A DNA stretch of 64,000 bases from the human T2T-CHM13v2.0 reference genome, Homo sapiens. Of the stretch, positions 54,906 to 64,000 are shown one piece after another. The position numbers and the translations under genes are program-made. The notes beneath the pieces are model-generated. The model saw only the letters and a program-made list of their open reading frames with translations, did not search any database and had not been told where the DNA came from. Within the stretch, counting starts at the first letter, position 1. Each line of letters opens with the position of its first letter. The stretch is from assembly GCF_009914755.1 (NCBI RefSeq), contig NC_060931.1; one strand, 5' to 3'.

Positions 54906-57900
54906 CTGGACAAGACACGGCAAGGACAGGTCAGCCCAAACCACTCTGGCGTCCATACTGCCTAACAAGTGTGACATCAGTCTGTCGGCCCCGCTCTAAA
55001 ATTTGGGATTCAGGGTGCTCAAAGTAAAGGAAGAACCTCATTCAAATACTGCTGAATACTCCTGAAACATTTTAACTCACAGGGAGTCATTTGTGTAAGA
55101 TTGAGGGCAAAATTTTCCCTCAAAAATCAGTATTTGATTAATTAGCCTTTTACATTGGTCTCCTCTCTATGGCTATGGGCAAGCACATTTAAAAATTCAA
55201 ACTAATGACATGTTGAATGCAATTGTTTCTAGGCTGGCCTTTGGCTTAATGGAACTTGTTTAATGTGAGATCTTTAGAAAAACATTAAGACAATTAGAGT
55301 TTTTGGAAATATAAATAAGCAGACATAAGTATCAGTTTGGACACATCTGACGTGTATTTCATATTTGAAATCTGGCCTGGAAGATTCACGGCCCTACTCC
55401 CCAGCTTTTGGCTCTCCCTTAATTTTTACATGTGAGGCCAGTTTCTGTGGTTGAGGTTACCTGGCTCCTATGCACTAAATGTGATTCGCTGCAGGAGTTT
55501 GGTGAGATGCATAGAGTGGCAACTTGCTCTCCAAGCCAAGTTCTGTCAAGCCTTAATACTAATGATGGGTAGCACTATGGCTATTCTGCGCAACTACCTA
55601 GCTATTTGTAGATAGCAATACATTAAGTGTAAGTAATGGGAGGTCATTATTTTTCTCTTACTGAGCTTCTAGATTCTCTAAAATCACAGAAGCCTCTATG
55701 CAAAGAGATGAAATTTGAAGGACAAAAACACACAAGTCTAGCCCAGATGTATATTAGAGTTGTTATTGTTTTTTAATAAAAATAGATTTTAAACTTCAAG
55801 ACACTTCAGGACATATGATCTAAGCACTATTTATAACAGTCCAGAAAACAAGCACTGTGTTTTGTTGCAGTCCCAGTGTATTTTGTTTTAAAGTCATTCT
55901 TCCCCTAAATAGTCACTGGATGCCCAAAGTGAATTAAGACTCCTCTGGGAGTGCTCACTCCACAAAATCATGCACTGAGAGTGAAGTGACATCACAATTG
56001 CACTCAACATCACCAACATTTTAACTGGACAGGAGACTAACAACTTATCACCACGAAACCAAAAGAAAATCCCATCAGGTGATGGTTTATTTGAGATTCC
56101 AAACAATAAAACAAATGAAAGAACAACAGTTTAAAGAATATACATTTCACTAAAGAGCTCCAAGGTAAAGAATAGAACGAAAAAAAGGAATAGTTTAGAG
56201 CAGTGTAAACGCACGAGGAGATATGCTGAATGCAGTGATGCTGGTCTGCTGCGACCTCGCTCTTCTAGTTCTCTCCCCAGCTTTTGTGGCTAGACTCTTG
56301 TTCAAGACAAATATTGAGAAGAAACGTCGCTGTAGCTCCCTGTTTCCCATCACTCCTCTCTTGCCTTCCCTTTTGCTGCCATCACTGAACAATAAAACCA
56401 GCACGTTTTTTCTGTCTATGTTGTATATAAAAAGTATGACAAGAGTAAAACTCTCAGGTCACAGAGACCTGGATTCACACCCTGGTGGAGTAAGGTAATG
56501 CTGCTGCCCACAGGGTCCCTGTTGCTAAGTGGGTGCCTGAATGTGAACGGCCCTGTGACAGGGCCTGGGGACACATATTTCCAATCCAAGCATGTGGGCT
56601 CTCTGGCACTCACAGCTTCTGAAGGGACAGACACGTACGCAAAGAATGACAGTGCTGTATGGTCACACCAACTCTCGGTGTGCTCCCATAGGCAGAGTGT
56701 GGCAGGCTGGACTGAGCGAGGTGGTGGCACACAGTAGGGGCCACACAAATGCTGGTTTAGCCTGGCTTACCCTCTTCCCTCTCCAGGGATTATCGCTGAG
56801 GCGCAAAGTGACCTTAACAAATGTGTCCCCACTAGCTGTCTGCTGCCAGGCCCCTTGGAGGAGGCCCTCAGAGCACCTGGTACATGCCCTCTGGAGGCAC
56901 AGAACACATCGCAGGGCAGAGGGACTCTAACCCACCTCCACCCCTTCTCTAGCCAGTTATAAGATCAGGAATGCTTGTCGGGTGATACATATATATTCCT
57001 CAGAAGTTTTGAGGCAATAAAAAAAAGTTGAGAGCCTGTGGTCTAAATTAAGCCACCTGCAAAGCCTTAAATCAACATGGAGTGAGAGGTCACATATTTG
57101 GTGCACACACGTGTTAAACCATTTACAAAATGACTAATGCGAGTGCTATTACCAGAGCTCCCCTTTTGCCCAGGCCAGCCCTCCTGCTCTCCATGTGGAT
57201 AATCTTCCCATGGCCCGTGTGGCCTGGCCACAGCCCTGCGACACCATTCATGCCATTGGTGCAGAAGCAGGTGGGGGTGGGGGGGCCTGCTCTCAGGAGG
57301 TTTATCTGCGTCTAGGGAGAAGAGTGGCACAGGAATTGAAAAGACAACTGTCTAAATGCTGGGAGGAGAGGGAACATGGGTGAAAGGCCTTCTGCCAAAG
57401 GGGTGGGACCCGTCCAGGAAAGACCAGGCAGACCTCCCCACAGTGATGCCGGCACCTGCTCGGAGTATAGGGTGGGGCAGGGTGTGGCCAAGGGGGAGCA
57501 CCTGCAAAGGCTTTGAGGAGGGTGATGGAGGCTGAGTGGGGAACTTTCCAGAGAAGCTTCCTGGTGAGCTGTCAGAGAGAGCACAGATCTGAAGAGAAGG
57601 GCAGATATTCCTGTGAAGCCCCAACCTGTGTTGGTGTGAGTTTTCAGGCAATTTCTGATCCCTCCTTTCCGAGGTCTGCTCTGTCCTGGGCATCTTTTGT
57701 TTGGAATCAGACATGCCCATCTCACTCATCCTGCCCCCACCCCACATCTCTTTTCTTCCTTCAGCTGGTTCCGATGATTAACCCCATGAACTGTAACATG
57801 TTTTGACAATTTCTGAATGAGATAATGGTGCAGGAGACTTTTTTTTTCTTCATCAATGCTAAACGGAAACTCAGAACATAAAAGGAAAACGTGGAGCTGC

Positions 57901-59097
57901 TTGGGCTGCATCGAGGTTGGGGGCCCAGGTCCTGTCCTCCAGATCCTGTGTGTGTCCCATTTCCCACCCTCTGTCCAGCCTCTGAGGGGCTTCCCTAGAG
58001 CCAGCGATCCAGGGACCCCAGCCTGAAACCCAGGGGCAGCAGGAGGAGGGCTGAATTGAAAGCCCAAATTGCACTCTGAACAATCCCCTTTCCCCTTTCT
58101 GTAAAATAAGCAGTTGGCTCTGACGGGCTCTAAAATCCCTTCTAGAGTGGAACTGTTAACAGTCTTTGAAATGCCAAATCAAAATATAGGATGTAAACAC
58201 TCATTTTTACAACTGACCAGTGACTAATTAGGAATCTTTAAAAGGAATACAACATTGGCTTTGTCCTTTCTGCTATATTCTGTCTTCCCTGAGAGGGTAA
58301 GTCATTATTTTTGAGTTAATTAATGCACTGGCAACTTTGCTATTCTCTTAAGGCATGAACAATCTCTTTGAACTAAAAAGTTATTACTGCAGGATTTTTG
58401 CAAATGTGAAAAAGCACACTTACTTTGTCTTTCGCAGAAGCCTAATATAAATTCATGATTTAATTCTCTTCTAAATGAATAGCCACAGAGCCTGAGTAAG
58501 GAATATTAACCCTTCTATTGTCCTCCACCTAAATTATATAATCCCATGGTTCAGAGGCCATTACATATCTCTGAATGAGCTTTGGTAAATTCTTCAGCTC
58601 AAGTATAAAGAAGAAAATGCTAACTTAGGGCTACTAGTTCCTCAAGTTGAACACAATTATTCTCAGTTCGGTACTAGTTTTTCTTTTACAGAGTCAGCAA
58701 AGATAATTCCATCACTAAATGTAAGTATCTTCCAAGTAATTTTGGAATGGATTCATTTTATTGTTTTATTAAACGCAAATTAAAGATCTTGTGTCCTATG
58801 ATATTGCTTTTTTTGTGGTTCATTAAGAAAGAGGATTTCTCAAAAGCCAGTTCCACCAAATTTATATGGCCCAGAGAAAATGTTTCAATGAAAGAAAAGC
58901 TACCTCGCCACCTCACACTGCTGCCTGTGGGTCCCACGGCCACTCACAACCAACAAGCAAAGCTGCACTTCATCTTAACCTGTGTTGACTTTGTTCTCTA
59001 TGTTCTAGGCACTTGGAAGAAAGGGAAAAATTACAAGGTAAAGTGCTTCTGAACTAGTGATACAAACTGACATAAAGCATTTCAATAATTTTGTGGG

Positions 59098-59403
59098 GGC
59101 CAGGTGCAGTGGCTCACACCTGTAATCCCAGCACGTTGGGAGGCTGACGTGGGCGGATCACTTGAGGCCAGGAGTTCGAGACCAGCGTGGCCAACATGGC
59201 AAAACCTTGTCTCTACTAAAAATACAAAAAATAGCGAGGTGTGGTGGTGCACACCTGTAATCCCAGCTACTCGGGAAGTTGAGGCAGAGAATTGCTTGAA
59301 CCTGAGAGGCGGAGGCTGCAGTGAGCCGAGATCACACCACTGCACTCCAGCCTGGGCGACAGAGCAAGACTCCATCTCAAAAATAAATAAATAAATAAAT
59401 AGA
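59098..59403 (+). mobile_element. AluS with (TAAA)n tail
   Basis: Full dimer flanked by aataatttt repeats. Confidence 0.95.
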
Positions 59404-62189
59404 AATAATTTTTTGGCATATCCCTCCAAATAATTTTGAACAATCATGCATCTCCTTCCATTTTTCATTGACGTCTGAAAATTTCCATCATGAGTTCAGT
59501 TGGTTGCAACAGATGTACATTTTAATTGTGTTATAAATACTAATATTTTACAATTTAAAAATATTGTAATTTTTTAAATTGTATTACTGTTTAATATGCC
59601 ATTTACAACTAAATTAATTGTAAATTGCCATTTACAATGGCAAAAATATTTTGCCATTTAAAAATATAAACAAAGGAATCTGGATATCATAGTATTTTCA
59701 TGCCCAGGCCCCTCCACGTAAAAATTAGTAAATGAGTTCTTCCTTTAACAGGCAGAATTTTAGAGCATGTCTCTTCTTCCTTGAACTTATTTCCATTTCA
59801 CTACCTAACAGAATCTTATCCTAACTGAATGTACTTTATGCTTGAGTTTTTTTTTTTATTCATCAAGCCTCTTTGTATAGAATATGTATCTAAGTTAAAA
59901 TGTAATTTTCATTTTCCCTCACCATAAGCAAGTTGTATTAAATTCCTTTTTATATTGTTTATCCTTGTGCTAATAGAAAACAGCCAACCAAAATTACATA
60001 AATGTTCTTAGAAACTTTGACATTTCTTAAGCAAAATGGTAAAATATCATTTGGAACTGCATTTCATAAGTGAGTGAGGCTTTTTCAATTAATTCCTTAA
60101 AAATGACTGGATTACTTATTGCTAGCATGAGGCAGGGTTTGGCATAAATTCAGGTCTACTTTTCCTCTTATAGATATAAGCACTAGGCAAAGCTTGTCAC
60201 ATACGAAGGTAAATTAAGGGACTTTTGTTATGGTTACATCATTCCATTAGGTTTCTAAAACTTTTCCTCTAATATATGTCAAAAATCACTTCATTAATCT
60301 GTCACAAAAATTATGCTTAATGATCTATAATCTGACAACTCAGTTAGATCCTTTGTCAATTTGGTTGGAAAGAAAAATTGGGAAACCACCTGATGTTCAA
60401 AAAGATTCGCCACCAACTCATTAATTTATCTGCTTGATCTTATACCAATATTTCCATTTGTTCTTTTGTTTGAGATCAGGAATAAGGTTTGCCCATCTCA
60501 GGAAAGTGCACCCCAGTGAGTTTCCTGATGGGTGAGGGGTATGTCTGTCTTTTATGAAGGAGAAGGAGGGCATCTGTAAAACTGGCATTGGGGAAAAAGA
60601 CTTGGAATGATGCTGGTCACAGGTGAGTTCTCAGGCACATGAATTCCAGGAAAGAATACATGTGGAGGTATAACATTTGGAAGTGGATTCCCTTGGAAAG
60701 TCCTGATTCTCCCAGAAGAACGTGTACCCAGTTTAAACCCACCAATGTACACAATACATTTCAGTCAATTTAAGAGTTGCGAAGGTGGGATTCATGGACA
60801 ATACCACAGGAATACAGAAGTGGGGTCACTCATTCTAATTAGAGGACACAGGAAAGTGACCATTGGACTGCGTCTGAACACAAGCATGATTTTGGCAGGT
60901 AGAGGACAGTTGGGTCAAAAGATGGGAAAAAGCAGAGAAATGCCAGGCTGCATGAGAAACATCAAATACTGTTGAGTGGTTGGAATCCCTAGTGTCTGTG
61001 TGCACACACGGGTGTGCAAATGTTCAGGAGGCACGGTTTGGAGAGGCTGGGTTTAGGATTCGCCTTTGAGAGACCCTCTGCCACCAGCATTATATAGATT
61101 CTGCTCTGAGTAGGCACCTCAAACTTTGTTCCCCTCTTTTTCTCTAATTGATTTCCTAGGCACAGTTTCCTCCAAGTGAAGTTTGCCTGTTCATTCCTTG
61201 TCAAAATCACAGCCTCTTTAGTTTGATGGGCACTATTTAATAACGTTTTATATTAATGCTCTTGTCAAAAATCCCATAGACCTGGGCTCCTCAAAGACAC
61301 TGCATGATGAAGGTAATCAGTTGACTCCAGAGCACTACTATATACACACACACACATTTTTATCTTTTCAAGAAGGCAAGATAATGAAGGACTGAAAAAC
61401 ATTTATGGATCTAAAATTAGACCTGGATTCTCTTAAGAGTCAAGTGATGTATTCTTGGTATCAGTCAGCTCCTATTTCTTCACTACCTGAACCAAACTCT
61501 AGTCCTAGAATCTTAACGTGCCTATTAGAGTCCCTGGGCAGAGAAAATTCCAAGTTATTCCACTGTAACACAGAGCTGTGTTCCAACTGCTGTTCTTTTA
61601 AAAACATATAATAAACAGCTGCTGTTTTTCTCTGCCCACCACTCTCACTCTGTTTGTGTTAAAAGAATTCTGTCCTCTTGCAGGTAACCAATTTATCATA
61701 TCTGGGTGAGACTATCTGCCCCTAACTATTTCCCTAGGACAATGTTATATCCAAAGATGAGTATGTGTTCCATGCTGGACCAATCAAAGTCCTTCTCAGA
61801 ACCTTTCCACCAGAGGTGTTCAGGAAGATGGTCCAATCGGGCTGGAATAAATGGATTGGGTACAAGTTTTGGATAAATGGCTGCCATTTTAACCAGCACA
61901 GGGAAGAACTTATCCACGGACTGCAGAGGAACATAGTTCTAAGACAATGTTTCAGCTCCTGGCCCCAACCATGCCCATAATAAAGATTAGTCTCTTGGAA
62001 GTGCCAGTTATGTGAGCTAAAAAATCGCCACAAAACCCAATTATGCATAACTGGTCAAGACATACTTCTGTTTCTGAGAACTGAGGAGTCTTGTCTAATA
62101 AATGTCTAAATTTCCTTTATTTTGCACATATATCTATGTAACATTATGGTATTTCTATTATAGGAACCATTATTTTATATTAAATTACA

Positions 62190-62830
62190 TATTAAATTGG
62201 ACAGCTACATATATGTCTTTCCCTTTCCTAGATTTATTTTCCGTTATTTGGATTATACACTTGAGTATAATCTAACTTAGGAGGGTATACTCTCGAAGCT
62301 CTCTTGCGTCTGAAGGCTGGCTCCATTTACTTGTTATCCTTGACTACCAGTATATGGCTAAACCAAAGGAAGATTCAGATGAAAATCCTTCTTCTTTAAG
62401 ACTGTCTTCTCCGCTTCTCTGTTTTCTAGCATCTTGTGTCATAGATGAGAAGGCATATGTTCACATGATTTGTTTATAGCTATATATAATCCCTCTCTAG
62501 AAGCTAGTAAAATTTTATCTGTGGATTTTTAAAATTTTTACCTGAATGTGTCTAAATGTGCACATTTCTAAAGATGTGTATTTAATTTCCAAGAATGTTT
62601 TGATGCTTATTTGTTTTTCAATAATAGCCTGCTCTTGTTTTATGTGATGATCTACTGAAATTTTCTGAGGCAATGACTAAAAGTATTTATTTTAAAGTTC
62701 TGTTCTATTTCCTAACTTAACTCTACTTCCTTTGGAGTAAATTTCTCTGACCACTTTGTTGTCCTTCTTTCATGCATTAAAAACAAAATTGTCTACCAAC
62801 TCTTGGCTGTCTTTCCTGTGTTTAAATGGG
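62190..62830 (-). mobile_element. Very old L1 relic
   Basis: T-rich strand with L1ME-like motifs (ttctagcatc…gatgagaag…tctctagaagct…aaaattttatct). Confidence 0.5.
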
Positions 62831-64000
62831 GGTATCAGCGATGGTACGGAGTGAATTTCTTTGCCGCACGTGAATATTCCTGTTTCCTTACTATGGATCA
62901 GAAAGCCTATCAACAACAGTCATGGGTGCGGTGCATGAACCAGGACTGGACTAAGTGAAGTTCCACAGGGACAGAGACGGACGCTTGCATTCCGGGGCAA
63001 GGATTCCATCTGGATAGGGTGGCCAGTTTTTCTCTGTAGCCACAATGCTGGCTTTGGCTGATGATGCTTAGAATCAGTTCAGCTACCCTGAAACTGAAGT
63101 TTCATTTTATTGTAATGTGCTTTTTGTTGTTGTTGTTTTTAAGCCAATAGTTAAACAGGATTCCTTCTCTATGCCACTGTCATGGGCTTTAAGAGTAGTC
63201 TAAAGTATTACACTATTGGCTAATTTACTATCAGACAGTACAGCTCAACACTGATATTTGCAAACCACATAACGGTAATTGGGTTTTGACATTCTGCAGT
63301 GTTCAAATGGATAATATTTACCTACCTCCTTATTTAGTCCACATGCCCCCTGTAGTGTGGATATTATTATTATTCCTATTTTGCAAATTATACAAGAAGC
63401 CCCAACCAACAAATTATGTCACCTATCCCTGAGGGTGTGTGTTGCAGAAACACTCTGCTCAGCTTATAAAAAGGGCAAGTTCATTCAAACCTCATAAAAA
63501 ACCCACATGGTGGGCAGGAGTCAAATTAAGGTTCTTTAACCAACGTGTTACATGAATCCTACTGAGTATATCTGCATTTAGACTTTTCTAAGCCAAAAGA
63601 TTTTCTTCCATGTTCTATGGAACAAATCTTGGATCCATTTATCTGGGAATCTCAACATATTTGAAACCATTTCTTGAGGCAAAAACCTTCAGTCCTTTTT
63701 TACACATTTCTGGGGCCTCACCTTTGAGGGAAGTGTGGGGCAGTGGATGGCCATCCCTGCTGGCAAGAACAAAGCTGGTGTCTTAGTTTTCATTGTCAAA
63801 ATAGAAACTCTGTCTCCAGGTTGTCTATCTATTAAAACACATAAATTTTATTTAATCAATGCCTCAGAAAGAGAGGTTCAGGGACCTGCCAAGGTGCCAA
63901 GGGACTCAATCTCAAATTGACTATGCTTTGGGTCTATTATGAAGCAAAGGTGAGGCAGCCACCATCTGAGATGGGCAACCTAAGAAAAATGCCATCCCTC

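Noticed and set aside
54906-54963. Upstream alternative acceptors for the 310-nt exon (ttgttag, gcag)
   Set aside because: They would add 56 or 52 nt and shift the frame; the proximal acceptor gives the known protein.
62251-62294. Small palindromes gattatac-N6-gtataatc and gagggtatactctc
   Set aside because: The stems are short (8 bp or imperfect), lie inside a decayed L1, and are expected by chance in 64 kb.

Overview
Human (primate) genomic DNA, not microbial. The window holds the 3' half of COBL (cordon-bleu WH2 repeat protein, an actin nucleator; chr7p12 from memory) on the minus strand. Six exons can be spliced in frame by hand with canonical GT-AG boundaries: 54596-54905, 42037-42134, 38937-40816, 37771-37890, 36334-36597, and a last exon starting at 28810 (VPLLV-stop, with a 3' UTR to about 27454). 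They encode the central region, the lysine-rich K segment and all three WH2 domains. The first ~27 kb is downstream intergenic sequence dominated by nested L1, Alu, ERVL/MaLR LTR, L2, MIR and DNA-transposon relics; many target-site duplications (TSDs) are still readable. Repeat family names are from recall, not a database search. I found no clearly new biological system. The most interesting observations concern the WH2 exons. Every WH2 is cut by a phase-0 intron right after LRK. An in-frame internal acceptor removes the 47-aa WH2-2/WH2-3 linker. There are also candidate intronic poly(A) sites and alternative last exons. Other points of interest are a twin-primed inverted L1, a candidate homeobox/HNF1 enhancer and a textbook 83-nt antisense mini-intron downstream of COBL. 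Almost all other ORFs in the track are repeat-derived or chance.
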